Below, one piece after another: positions 11,895-24,915 of a stretch of 64,000 bases of DNA. The first letter of the stretch is position 1, and every line of letters begins with the position of its first letter. Origin of the DNA: Macrostomum hystrix. Its lineage: Eukaryota; Animalia; Platyhelminthes. The position numbers were made by a program, and so were the translations under genes. The notes beneath the pieces were generated by a model that ran no database searches, was not told the origin of the DNA, and saw nothing but the letters and a program-made list of their open reading frames with translations. The DNA lies in the NCBI GenBank assembly GCA_950097015.1, contig CATNEN010000002.1, positions 6,572,001 through 6,636,000 on the forward strand, given 5' to 3'.

Positions 11895-12552
11895 TGCTGC
11901 GAATGCGCGAATTCTGGTTAGAAAAAAATGGCTTCACAATGAAGAGTTGCGACCGAGGTCTTGCTGGAAAGGAATAGGAAATTAAGTCAGCAATATTTAT
12001 TAAATATATTTTTCATAACAAATGCTACATTTTTTAATCCTTAATCTTCCCATGAAACTAAATGAAACAAAATAGAAAATTGCGTTTTCCCTACACTAAA
12101 AATGTTGCCAACATAATCGCGCCTTACAGTTACTGTAAGTAAGCGTTATATTTTATTTCAATAAACACTGCATTGCACAATAAGAGGGACAATTAGCATT
12201 TGATATACAGCCTAACGTGTCGTAAAAGTACAGAAAGTATATATTTTTATTTCAAATGCGCTCGGCTAGTAGACAGTAAAACAAAATTAAAATAAATAAA
12301 ATAAAACTAATTGCATCATAGGAGTTCATTAGCACCACTTGAAACTAATCGCATAAACTTTTCATTTAGATTAATGAATAAGCAGAAAACAGCGAGCTGA
12401 AACAAAAGTACATGCAATGTACTGAGAAACATCAGTTTATAAAAGTCAAAATGCTGCATTCAGCCAATGCACAGTAGTATTAAGTATGCTGCAATTAAAA
12501 GTGGACGTCTAAAAATTGATGAGCAGCACACAAGTCAATGATCAAGGAATTT

Positions 12553-13600
12553 AGAAGCTCACCCTGAAGGATTTTGGACAATGGAAGCTCACCCTGAAGG
12601 ATTTTGGACAATGGAAGCTCACAATGAAGGGTTTTTGACAACGGAAGCTCACCCTGAAGGATTTTAGATAATGGAGGCTAAATCTGAAGGATTTTGGACA
12701 TTGCAGGCTCACCCTGAAGGATTTTGGACAATGGAAGCTCACCCTGAAGGATTTTGGGGAAATGGAAGCTCACCCTGAAGGATTTTGGACAATGGAAGCT
12801 CACCCTGAAGGATTTTAGAAAATGGAAGCTCACAATGAAGGGTTTTTGACAACGGAAGCTCACCCTGAAGGATTTTAGAAAATGGAAGCTCGCCCCGAAG
12901 GATTTTGGACAATGGTAGCTCACAATGAAGGGTTTTTGACAATGGAAGCTCACCCTGAAGGATTTTGGGGAAATGGAAGCTCACCCTGAAGGATTTTGGA
13001 CAATGGAAGCTCACCCTGAAGGATTTTGGACAATGGAAGCTCACAATGAAGGGTTTTTGACAACGGAAGCTCACCCTGAAGGATTTTAGAAAATGGAAGC
13101 TCACCCTGAAGGATTTTGGACAATGGAAGCTCACAATGAAGGGTTTTTGACAACGGAAGCTCACTCTGAAGGATTTTAGAAAATGGAAGCTCGCCCCGAA
13201 GGATTTTGGACAATGGTAGCTTACTCTAAAGGATTTGGGGAAATGGAAGCTCACCCTGAAGGATTTTGGACAATGGAAGCTCACAATGAAGGGTTTTTGA
13301 CAATGGAAGCTCACCCTGAAGGATTTTGGGGAAATGGAAGCTCACCCTGAAGGATTTTAGATAATGGAAGCTCGCCCTGAAGGATTTTGGACAATGGAGG
13401 CTCACCCTGAAGGATTTTGGACAATAGAAGCTCACCCTGAAGGATTTTCAACAATGGAAGCTCACCCTGAAGAATTTTGGACAATGGAAGCTCACCCTGA
13501 AGGATTTTGGACAATGGAAGCTCACCCTGAAGGATTTTGGAAAATGGAGGCTCACCCTGAAGGATTTTGGACAATGGAGGCTCACCCTGAAGGATTTGGT
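12553..13600. repeat. 30-bp minisatellite (about 35 copies) between UHRF1 and ATP5PO
   Basis: Unit aagctcaccctgaaggattttggacaatgg. Confidence 0.96.
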
Positions 13601-13726
13601 AAGCATGAAGGAATCGAGGGATGAAAGAGAAGAATACGCTGAAAAGTTGAGCAATTTTTATCAACTATTTTACAAAGCACCCATAAAACAAGCAAACAGC
13701 AACACCAGGCCAGTCAACAACACCCT

Positions 13727-16700
13727 TTATGTTAATCCGGGAAACACCAGGCTCAAAGCCTTGGCCAGTTTGTGATTGACAGCCAGCTGATCCTGCTTCA
13801 GCACAGCTCGGCAAACCGGACAGGCGGGCAGGCCGGCATTCAGCGAACGCTGGAGACAGTCCAGGCAGGCATTGTGCCGGCATGGTGTGGTAGCCGGCCT
13901 CAGGCCAACCAGGTCGCAGCAGACAACGCAGGTGAAGAGACGCTGCACAGCATTGCGAAACTCTTGAATGCCATCAGAGCCGGTGTCGAGGGCTTCGCGC
14001 CACAGGTTGGCGTTGATGGAGTCGGCCTCCAGGGCGACGGTCAGTTCAGGGTCCGGAGTGTAGCGTCTCTGCTTCTGTTGCTTAGCAACCGGTTCCAAGG
14101 CAGCCTCCGCGTGCTTACAAACGGTAGCTTCTGAATCGGCTTTGCGTTTTCTGCTCCGTTTTTTATTCTCCTTGGCCGAGCTCTGATTATCGACCGCGTT
14201 CTCCTTGGCCGAGGACGAAGCCGAGGCGGCGGCGGCGGCGCCGGATTCGTCGTAGCCCTCGGGCAGCTCCATTCTTAGGCCGAGCGACTCAATGCGTCGC
14301 TTGCCCTCCAGGGTCCAGGGCGCCGGCACCGGGTCGTCGCGACGCATCAGGTAGCGCCACACCCGGAAACCAGACTTGCCAACATGCGGCCAATATTTCA
14401 CTACCTGAATGATGGGGAGTGAGGTACATAGCAATGCATGAGGCCTGAAGATTCAGGGAGCTATATCTGAAGCTTGAATCACGGATGCATTCTATCTTTA
14501 ACCTGAATCACGGATAAAGTGTGCAATCCTAGGCCTGAAAGACAATGGCCCATTGTCAATGGGTCTGAAGAATTGTAAGGTGCTAAGTATCGCAAATCAA
14601 CAAACTCGAGCCCACCTCACCTTGTAAATGCCGTCGTATCTGTTGCCAACGCTGGGCGCATATTTGCTGTGCTTGGCGGCTTTGTAGTTGCGCACCACTC
14701 GCACCGGTTTGCCTTCGCGCCAGTGCGTGCCGGCGTCGGCGCCATCGACGTCGTTGATTGGCGCGGCGACGTTGCGGGCCAGGGCTCGATTCATCCGCGT
14801 CAGCTCCTGGTCGCAGCTCTGAGCGGCTGTCCGACGGTTGCCGCTGAGGTCGCGGCCGCCGCTGCCGGTGTAGAGAAACTCTTCGCCGTTATCGACGTCG
14901 TCCTCGTAACCGCCGGACAGGACGATGCTGTAGGCGCCTTCGGCGTCTCGGCCGGCAATGCCGGACACTGGCGGACGGTGGACGCCAGCCTCGGACACCT
15001 GAGGAGATTGGTCAGTGATGTTGTCAGTGGAGATGGGTCAGCGAGGACGTAATAACAATGGGTCACCGATGAGTCACTGAAGATGGGTCAGCAATCAGTC
15101 AATGAAGATGGGTCAGCGATGAATCGATGAAGATGGGTCAGCGATGAGTCAATGAAGATGGGTCAGCAATGAGTCAATGAAGATGGGTCAGCGATGAGTC
15201 AATGAAGATGGGTCAGCAATGAGTCAATGACGATGGGTCATTGACAGATTAAATTCTCACCTGCAATCGAAACATCCAACTCTGGCCGACCTCCACAGCG
15301 GGCACTGGTCCGAAGTGATTAGTGGGCACCAGGGTGCAGGTCTTGGTCCGCCCGGAGCAGGCGAATCCTTTGCCCCAATCGCGCTTGGCATCTAGAGCTG
15401 CAGCGGCCGCGGCCTTCTTTGAAGCTTTGAGGCGCTCGCCGGCGCGTACAACCTGGCTGGTGTCCCGCTTGCACTCCGAGCAGTACCAGTCGTCTTCCGG
15501 CACAGCTTCGAGGGCAGGCACCAGGCAGAAGATGTGGAAAGCCTTGTCGCACTCGTCGCATAGCAGCAAGCGGTCCTGGTCGTCTTTGCCAGCGCACACT
15601 GAGCAGCCGCAGTGTTTGCAGGGCCTGTCGGGCTTGTCCCTGCAGTGCTGGCAGGACACGGCTGTCGGGCGCAGCTCCTTGGAGGCCGGCGGAGCCGTCA
15701 GGCTGGAAGCCGCGGAGCGCCAGGCCTTCGAACCGTTGGCGGCCACCTCGGCAGACGAAGGCCGCACAATGGCATAGATCGTGTCCTGGTGACGAAGCCG
15801 ACGGTTTGTTACCGGAACCAGTTGGGGACCAACGTACACTGTGGCGCGAGCCTCGCCGCCTCCGCCAGAAACACTGTCGACTGTGGCGTCGTACCTAGCG
15901 GAAGTTGAAAGAAATTGGGCATTGATCTAACAGGAATTTTTCTATAAATGTATTTAAAATTTATGACGTCTTAAACAAGGAATCGAATGAGTGGGATTAG
16001 AGAGGCCTTGGGGATTAAACTAAGATTTAATAAACGGATTTCATGATTAGACTCTGGAATTTGAGAATTAAACTCTGATATTTGAGGATTTGACTCTGGA
16101 ATTTGAGGATTAAACTCAGATTCGAGGATTAGACTCTGGGATTCGAGGATTGGACTCTGAGATTCGAGGATTAGACTCTGAGATTCGAAGATTAGATTCT
16201 GAGATTCGAGGATTAGACTATGGGATTTGAGGATTCGACTCTGGGATTTGAGGATTCGACTCTGAGATTCGAGGATTAGACTCTGGGATTCGAGGATTAG
16301 ACTCTGGGATTCGAGGATTAGACTCTGGGATTTGAGGATTGGACTCTGGGATTTGAGGATTGGACACAGGGACTTCAGGAGTAGACACTGGGGTTCAAGG
16401 ATTAGAATATGGGGTTTCATGATTTTATTTTGATTCAGGAATGGGAATCGAAAATTAAACTTGACACTGAGACTCAATAATTGAACACTAGAATTATAAA
16501 AATGTAAGTAAGGGACTAATTTCAAGCATCACAATGGGATATTTAAGGATTTTCCTCGGCGATTAAAAAGCTTGGATTTGCAAGATTCCAAAAGCTTACC
16601 AGTAACCCACCGCAGTGGGATTGTCATAGTTGTGATTGCACAGGACAGTCTGACCAGCAGTGAGCTTAGCAACGCTGACACGAATTGAGGCGCGAGGCCG

Positions 16701-17368
16701 CAGATTTCGAGTAAAAACGGCGATAATGAGTTCGGCATCGTCTTCAAAGACCACCTGCGGCAGTGTGTGAGGGTTTCATGTTGACAACAGTAGCAAATAG
16801 GCCCTGGAAATCACATTAATCACCAGGTAATTATTCTCACCTGATAGACGCAATTATCGTCTGCCGCTGCAGCTTCCCAGTCGGCCAGACCTCCAGGCGG
16901 CGCTATAGACACGTCGTCAACGTCGGTGGCTAATCGCCGGCGAACCCCAACGACCCGAGCCTCAAACCAGCAGCCCATGGTTGGGTCGCGCACATCGACG
17001 CGATCTCCGAGCTCGTATAGACTGTCAGTCAGACAGCCGGGGTCGTGTTTGAACTCTTTCTCAACGAATTTCTCTTTCTCTTCAGTCAATTCCTCAATAG
17101 CATTATCCACGTCTGCACTGTTGCCATTGACAACGGAGGGCGCAGCGGCCAGCATTAGCTGGATGACGTCATTTATCTGGACACCGTACTCAAACAGGGT
17201 GTGCTCATCCACGAGCAGTTTGCCGCGAAAGAACAGTCTCTGGCATTCAACCGTGGCCTCGGGCCTAGCGGCGGCAATCAAGCGGCGCAGCTCCTTGATG
17301 GTGGTCCGCTTGGAGATGTCGCGCAGCTGCATGGACTGGCCGTCCATTGAGCGCACATTGATGTACAT
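13727..17368 (-). CDS. UHRF1: E3 ubiquitin ligase UHRF1 (UBL-TTD-PHD-SRA-RING), 790 aa
   Basis: Exons 16841-17368, 16600-16754, 15261-15894, 14621-14998 and 13727-14404, with phases 0/2/0/0 joining in frame. Motifs QRLFFRGK (UBL), [13 protein letters not shown] (TTD), CDECDKAFH (PHD), [11 protein letters not shown] and [12 protein letters not shown] (SRA), and a C3HC4 RING. Confidence 0.96.
15055..15243. repeat. 25-bp minisatellite (about 7 copies) in UHRF1 intron 3
   Basis: Unit gaagatgggtcagc(g/a)atgagtcaat. Confidence 0.9.
16045..16385. repeat. 21-bp minisatellite (about 16 copies) in UHRF1 intron 2
   Basis: Unit gattcgaggattagactctg(a/g). Confidence 0.92.
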
Positions 17369-19177
17369 TGCTGACTGCCTTGCACTCTGTATACCTCACT
17401 CTTAGAAAACCAATACTTACTTTTCTAGGTGGCTGCAAGAAGTGTGTCAGGGGTCTAATTGCAAATTAAAAATATAACTCTGGCTAACTATGCCAACTAA
17501 CACAGTTTTAGCTAGTGTGTTAGCAGTCTATGTGCTGTTTCTGCTTGAAATTTGCATCAGCAAAGTCATAAATGAGATATTATTGTGACAAACTCTGCAT
17601 ACTTTTTTGTAAAATGTCAGGAATACAAAATTATTGCTCTTGTTCAGCACTTTTGTTAAGTCAAGATGGATTTGAGACAAAATAAATTGTCAAGCTAAGC
17701 TTATATAGCTATCTCCCAATATACTAGCACTGTCTTAAACTTGCAATATAGGGTGAGGTATCTTGGTATAAGACACAAATTTCTCCAGTGAAATGAATAA
17801 TCAACCCCCAACATTTAAGTTGAAAGTCAGAAACTCTAACCACTAGAATACAACCATCCCAATACATTGTAAAAAATATAAACATAATATCATTTGATTA
17901 TGAAAACATTTAAAACTCATGTTTACAAGAGTTTATACAAGTTAAACTGTGTTCACACTGTTTACACCAAAAATATTTTATAAAATCCAGTTATAAGACA
18001 AATTGTTAAGGGGAAAAGTGCAATAAAAAGTATTATCTGAGGATGGGAGGATGGAATAAGATACATTGCAGTAATAAGTATAATACTTATAGTTACAGAT
18101 ATGGATCTAGATATAGATACTGATAGGCAATATGAAAATTTTGGACATTTGGATATGGATACAGGAAACCATAAATATTTGTTTGCCATGTAACTCTAAT
18201 ATACATGTACAATGTGGTAGCATATTCTAGCAAGTTGTTATGTGGATAAGATCAGCATTATAGGCACTGATTAAAATATAATCTAACTTCAAAAATAGCC
18301 ACTTTGGTAACAACAAGGCCTACATCAGGAATATAATAAATGACAGATTGAAAATTTTACAATAGTAAAATATCACAAATGAAAAACTATAAGCCTAGAG
18401 TAATACAAATAGTTTATATGCAATAAATATAGTTTGTATTTTAGTGTTACAGCATTACAGCATTGTGTATGTGCCCATTGTATTCTTTTCCATCTATCAC
18501 AATTTAAACTTTATTATGCCATATACATATTTGTATAATATTTGTATACATGGTATATGCTACACATTGAAATTTGTAGTTCTTTGTGACTTTTGATTCA
18601 GTGAAATAAATACTCAGACTACTAAGTTTGTGAACAGCTTGATTTCAAAATAAAAACATTATTAAGACTAAAACTTCAACATTAGGGCCTATGTTTTTAT
18701 AATAAAGACCAGATATAACTAGCTAGATCAGTCATACTCATAGCATAGTATATATTTGTCACCAAAGTGGACTGTTAGCTATCACAGATCTGTGTGGATA
18801 CATATATTTGTTGGCACTATTATTTAAACAACATTTATATAACTGAAAATTGTGTGGTGGCCTATTCCAACAAGCTGCTGTGTAGATAAGGTGGAAATTA
18901 TTGGCATTGATGGATGCAAGTTTGTGTTGATAAAATTCGCACTAGTCACACAAGACCATGCAGATGCAGATAAGCACTGCCTTATGGTTTTCCAGCAGAA
19001 CTGTAGTTTCAATTGTTCATTATCATTATCATTTAGGCTTAATAATGAAAATGCAAAAACATATTTAGTATATAAGATTTAGTATAGGTGGATTGGATCA
19101 GATGTCTCTTACTTACAGAGTTCCAGTACCTGGCGCTGTCAGTACCAGTACCAGTACAGTACAGTACCAGTTCAGGG

Positions 19178-20601
19178 GGTACCTGGACACTTCATCATCT
19201 TACAAGTAGGGGTCCCAATCCCGGGATCCCGGGGATCCCGGCTTTTTGTTAGTGTTCGAGATCCTGGGATTAGGGGTCCGGGATCCCGGTAAACACGGGA
19301 TTGGAATTCACATGGCGATGGCCGATGGCCTAGATGGACACTGGGGTGACTGGGCCCACTGGCCCGGGCCACGCCGAACGCCCGCAACTAAGGAAAAGAA
19401 ATGAGGCAGAAAAAGGGGGTGGGGTGGGGTGGGGACTGGGTTCTGCTGAGTCTGCGCCTCTGTGTGCGTGAGGTTGTCTGTGTTGGGGGCAGAGGCACCA
19501 GCGCAGCGTATGCAGTTCTAATTTCTAACCTTCTAATCCAAGGGGTGAGGAGGGTGTTGTTTAGTATGTATGTACAACTGTACATGGATAGTGAACACTG
19601 AACACTGCTGAACATCGCACAAGGATTAGAAAGCCAAGACTCATGAGTCATGACCTTGGGGTGGGTTATCCCTATAAAATTTAACTTGTATAGAAATGAT
19701 AAACAACTGGAAGGAAACTGGCAATGGCAACGCAAGCAATACATTTTTTTGAATCAACGATACGATAAAAAAGAGCCCACTTTGCTGACCACAAAAAGTA
19801 GCTTGCGTGCTGACTGCTATAGTGTCAAATCAAATGTCAATTCTATGTACTTGGAAATGGAAATATGGATGGAAATATATTGCATCGAATCCATCGATGG
19901 AAGGAAGGAATGTGACAATTGTGACAAGAAATAAGTGACCAAGGATAAGTGATATGAACTATCTTTAACTCTTTTATCAATGCAGTGTAAGCTGGAAAGT
20001 AGAAAGAAACCCAAATGATGCTCAATTGGTTGAGAAATTTGTTTTTTTGGACAATGGAAAGCTTCCGGTAAATTTGTTTGTTCAATCCCGGGATTGGCCT
20101 GGGATCCCGGGATTGGCCTGGGATCCCGGGATTGGGTCATTTTTTTGTCCGGGATCCCGGGATTGTAAAATGTCCGGGATTTGGGACCACTAGGCCTACT
20201 TACAAGTTCATCATCCAGATGACGATCTATCCAATATCTTAGAGGGTGGATGACGAAGAGACTTAGACTTGAGGACACTTCGTCATCTATAAAACAAAAG
20301 TTTTTTAGGTTAGAACAGAACCACCACTCCCCACCCCTCCTCACATCGTGTTAGCACCTATCTTTCAACACTTATAATGAAATCAGTTTCGACACCTCTT
20401 TTTGACAATTTAGAGTGTGAAGTGTGTTCACACCTCTGCCCCACCACCCCACCCTCACTTTATTGATGACGAACTTGATTGCTTGTTATTAGTAGATGAC
20501 GAACTGACCAAACTTTAAAGCATGCCAATTGGCTGGATGACGAAGTGTCCTACCTTCCAAGTGGATGACGAAGTTGTAAGATGACGAAGTGTCTAGGATC
20601 C
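19178..20601. mobile_element. Non-autonomous DNA transposon with ~40-bp TIRs and an 8-bp TSD (GTTCAGGG)
   Basis: Left GGTACCTGGACACTTCATCATCTTACAA versus right (reverse complement) GGATCCTAGACACTTCGTCATCTTACAA. TSD at 19170-19177 and 20602-20609. Many internal GATGACGAA motifs. Confidence 0.85.
19207..20198. mobile_element. hAT-like MITE nested in the left TIR of the previous element
   Basis: Ends TAGGGGTCCCAATCCCGG and CCGGGATTTGGGACCACTA(GGCCTA). Subterminal CCCGGGAT repeats. 8-bp TSD CTTACAAG at 19199-19206 and 20199-20206. Confidence 0.8.
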
Positions 20602-23509
20602 GTTCAGGGCTAGCTAGTAGGCCTACCAATGCCTACATAAATTAAACTAAAAAACAATGTCAAAACAAACAAAATACAGAATGGCAAAAAAAAAAGAAAA
20701 AAAAAGAAATTGTCTACAAAACTTTACAATCACATTAAACCTACAGCCTTGCCTTTCGAATTTTTTTAATCTTTTCTTTTACACCTATCTCAACTAATAA
20801 CAACACAAAATTAACAAAAAATCGTTAATTTATTATCAATAACTCCAAAACCCTACAATACATATATTAGTATCGGCATCGCCTTATATTCGATTCGTTA
20901 TACACAAAATTTTATAGCAATTAACTCGCTGCGTCTAAGTCAAATATATTAACGTTACGGCCCATTAAAAAATTAAACTCGTAAATAATTTCATAAAAAT
21001 TTTTCTGCAAAGAAACAAATTTACTTGCCTAAGTAAGAAAATAATTTAATAGTTTACTAAATATGCATAAAAAGTCACTTAAAAATCACAAAATCAGTAA
21101 ATCTAAAAAAATCTGATATAACTTTTTACAAGGCTAGAGATATGTGCGCAACGAGATCCGTTGGTCAGATTAAGCTGAAAGTCAGATTGCAGAAGTCAGA
21201 TTGCAGAAGGTTAAGTTCCGTGTCCGAAACACAAATCCGGAGGGAAACATTATTTGTCAACAGGTCTGTAAGCTTTTAGAGCCCTATCGAGCATCATATC
21301 GGAGTTGTAGGCACTCCAGTCTCCCCACTCAAAAAACCAAGCTGCGAATTTAAGATACACTTGCGCACTCATGCACGGTGTCGTTCGTCAGATGAATTCA
21401 AAAGTGCTATTGCGGCTCCCAACAGTGGCACGGCAATCAATATACTTTTTTCAACAATAAAATTTCAAATAACGCAAGTTTTAACTTAGCTAATACACAT
21501 ATGTGCAATACGCTTCAATCCTATAAAAGCATTTGATCCTGCGAATCATAAGTAAACATTTAGAGTTCCATTTTGCATAACCGAGGTCAACAGAAAGTCA
21601 AATGCTATATCAGCTAAATTGTTTTGTTGAAGCTACTAATTTGCGTGCCTATTGGTCTTAATTGTTTATCTAAAGGACGCAATTTTAATTACTTAACTTT
21701 AGCTGTCTGAAAACATACGCTCACATCCTACTTTTAAATTGATTAAAATTTTTTGTATATTTTAAATGTAAGTATAATCTATTTTAAGTCTTATCTATAT
21801 CGACAACTTGTAAAAAAATTTCAATTGTGAAATATGAGTTTGATGTTGGGCAAAAAGGTTCAGTAAATGCTGCAAGGACGCCAGTAGACAGCCAAATAGA
21901 AATAACTTGATTCTTTAGCTCGTAGTCATCTGGCTAGGGTAAAAGCAGAACAGAAATTTATACAAAAAACGTTCAAAGAAGCAGGTTTTAATACCGGATA
22001 AATAGAGGATGCAAAACCTGCCTTTTGACTATCGCATTGAGTTGCGACGACATTCGCATATTGAGAAATTAGCTGCTTCGGGGAGAAGTTCGCTTATAGG
22101 GGAAATTTCTTAACTAAATTTGCAAACTAGAGATAGTATGCAGTATATACAAGGAGCAAAAGAAACAAGGAGGAAAAAATAAGCGTCTCATTGCAAGCAA
22201 CTTGCTAGATTTCATTTAAAAAAGTGGTAGCTTTTGAGTTGGAACTATTAGTTACATTATTAGTTATTAGTTACAATATTTTACAGTCACTAAAAAATCT
22301 CCATTTTTTCAAATGGCCTCTTTGGCTTCCACAGCCGGGTTGTCCTGGCCAAGCTGGTATTTGGCATCGGAGAGCGGGGTGTTGAAGCTGCAGATTCCAA
22401 TTCTGCTTGGATTTCTGAATTGTTTTTATGGGGTCTGGCTTCTCTAGTAAAGGTGGTGCTTGTGTAACGCTAAATCGAAGGCTCGTAAGCTTTTGGTAGC
22501 GATGGCCCGGGAAACTGCCATTCGGCAGGAATCCGCAACATTGATTAAATTTAAAGAGTGAAGATGGAAGAATGATTGAAAACTGAACTTTTGAATTCCA
22601 TTAGTTTAATCAATTTTTAGCAGACCATCATCTCTCGCGTTCAAGGTCTGCTAAAATTAAGATTCCAGCGACAAATATAACGCGGCCATCAATGATACCA
22701 GCGCAGCGATGGCACCTGCAGCTAGGCCTCCTGCATGGTCCTGGAGCATCTACTGGAAGTCGGATCAGGTCCGTGTAAATAACAGATTGGTTAAGACTAT
22801 GTGTGGCAATTACCGTCTAGTGAAGTGTTGCATCGCAGTCCTGTTAAAATGCGAACAATAACTTTATCGATACAATTCGATCGAGTTATTTCTGTCACAG
22901 AGTCATCGGCAGATGGATTTGTATCATTGTACGGTCAAATTGTATACTTGTACATTTCCGTTTAACTCAAACACAGCGCATCGCATAGCATAGTTGATTG
23001 CATGATAGCAGAAAATAGGTTAGAAAACAATATACGAGTTCTGAGCTTTCTGTGAAAGCAAGAAATATGCACACAGTTCTTTTGTTTAAAATTATGTGGT
23101 TTAGTTTGATTGAAATACATTTAACAACCTTTTAACAACCACTAAGATTATATTTTAGAAACTTCTATAGAAAAAGATTGGTTTGTAATCACTGCACGGC
23201 TATGCCTCCTCATGCTTTCAGGCCCTCACAATGCACATGCGTTTATTTTGATTCATCAACTTTGGCTTGTTTGATGCTGCAGTAACCAACAATTGCCCGC
23301 CGTACGTGTGTACGTGACACACGATGAACTGGGTTCGGGCTACAGGAAGTGCCGGCATACCGGACGACGGTCTGCGAATCATCTAGGTATAGGATTGAAG
23401 TGTTTCGTTTAAGTGCAATTAAATTTAATAGAAAAAATGTACTTCAGTAAGATAAAAGGCTAATTTATCTGCGTTTTCCACTTTGGGGGGGGGAAAAGAG
23501 CAACAGACA

Positions 23510-23760
23510 TGTTGGCGCACTTTCCAACACTGAGTCGATGGCCACCGTCAGCGGTCCGAGTACGTCAATGGATTTAATAATGAGGGCGAGAGCCTCAACT
23601 GCTGGATTGGACTGGAGCAGCTGCAGCAGCTCACCGCCACCGGAGTGTGGAGAGTTCAGCGACTGGAGTGACTATATTGGCACTGGGCTGAGAATGCGCC
23701 ATTCTCTGTGACAAGTACAGAGCCTCAATCGCTGGGACCACTGGATGCGAGCAGCTGTCA
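23510..23760 (+). pseudogene. Decayed fibrinogen C-terminal (FReD) domain exon
   Basis: Reading across frames gives FQH*VDG..SEYVNGFNNEGESLNCWIGLEQLQQLTATGVW / EFSDWSD / YWHWAENAPFSV / DKYRASIAG. This matches FQRRxDG..EYxxGF..WLGLExLHxLT..DW..AEYxxF..DKY. Confidence 0.7.
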
Positions 23761-24189
23761 AGCGTCGGTCAGCGGGTTGATTCATAATACTCACCAAACA
23801 ATTTCAGCAGTTCAGTGTTTCTGACGTTTGCGCTGCAGAGAGGTCAGCAGTGGTGTTTGGTTGTTGCAATTGTTTAAGAATGTAATTAGCTCGAGACATC
23901 TAGCAAACAGGAAACCGGAGACTCCAACATGAGCTCAGACTTCACAGCTTTTTGGCAGATGGAATTAAAAAGAGAGGCGACAACAAAGGGAGGTTTTCGA
24001 ATGGCATGGCTTTTTTGTAAGGATTATCATTGGAAAAATGGCGCAATTAGTACAAGAGACTATATAGACTTCTAGTTATTACAATGAGGTTTTGAGAGAA
24101 GCAGTTAGAAATGCGATTCGTACAATGCTTGCGTACAATGTACCGGAGCAACTGCTTTCTGCCATTATGGCGAGGTACCGGACACGACC

Positions 24190-24915
24190 GCTTCGGTGAC
24201 AGATGGACTGTCGGACCAATCAGCATATAGTCAGGCGTTCTGTAGGGTGACACTGCCGCCTTTCCTGTTTGTGCTGGACTGGGTGCTGAGGACTAGCCTG
24301 CCCAACCCGGACGACGGCTTCCTGCTGAAGGCGCACGAGGCAGCGGCAACCGGAGAAGCGGCTTTCCGTTCTCGGCTACGCGGATCACCTCGCGCTGCTG
24401 TCAACGATGGCCGAAGGCGTTGAGCGGCTGCTGGATGGCCTGACGGCGGCAGCATCGCGGGTCGGACTCATGCAGAACGCGCGGAAGAGGGTCATCTTGA
24501 CGGTGCCCTCTGACCTGTCTGCCAAGATCAATTGTAGAGACGCTGACGGGGATGTAATCAGGCTTACCCGGTTCTTGTACCTCGGTGGCCTCATGCCGGA
24601 CGTTGCGAACGACCTGGTGAGGATCGACGAGGACTGACCTGAGCCGCCTTTCGCTGTGTGCGCTCCGTGCTCCAATCTGAGGCCCTGGAAAACGGGCTCA
24701 GGGCTCGGCTGTTTCAGGCAGTCGTTGAGACTGTGTTGCTGTATAACGCCGAGATTTCCTGACCGGCTTCTTAGTGATGCTGGCGCCCCGGACCAAGCTA
24801 GCTGTTATGACTTTTTGAGGTCTTTGGCCCAGAGAGACGATCTCTGACTCCTCCCCTCTTTCTGGCCACTGCGTGGGGAGCAGTACTTTGTTCATGTTGC
24901 TGTTGTTGTTGTTTG
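24190..24915 (+). mobile_element. RTE-type LINE reverse transcriptase fragment, frameshifted, with (GTT)n tail
   Basis: TLPPFLFVLDWVLRT..DDGFLL, LLDGLTAAASRVGL, and FLYLGG segments. gttgctgttgttgtt at about 24895-24912. Confidence 0.8.

Noticed and set aside
12551-13664. Several repeat ORFs (SKILQGELP, CPKSFRVSF)
   Set aside because: Frames of the 30-bp minisatellite.
15971-16525. ESQSLIL-repeat ORF (leucine-zipper-like)
   Set aside because: 21-bp array within UHRF1 intron 2.
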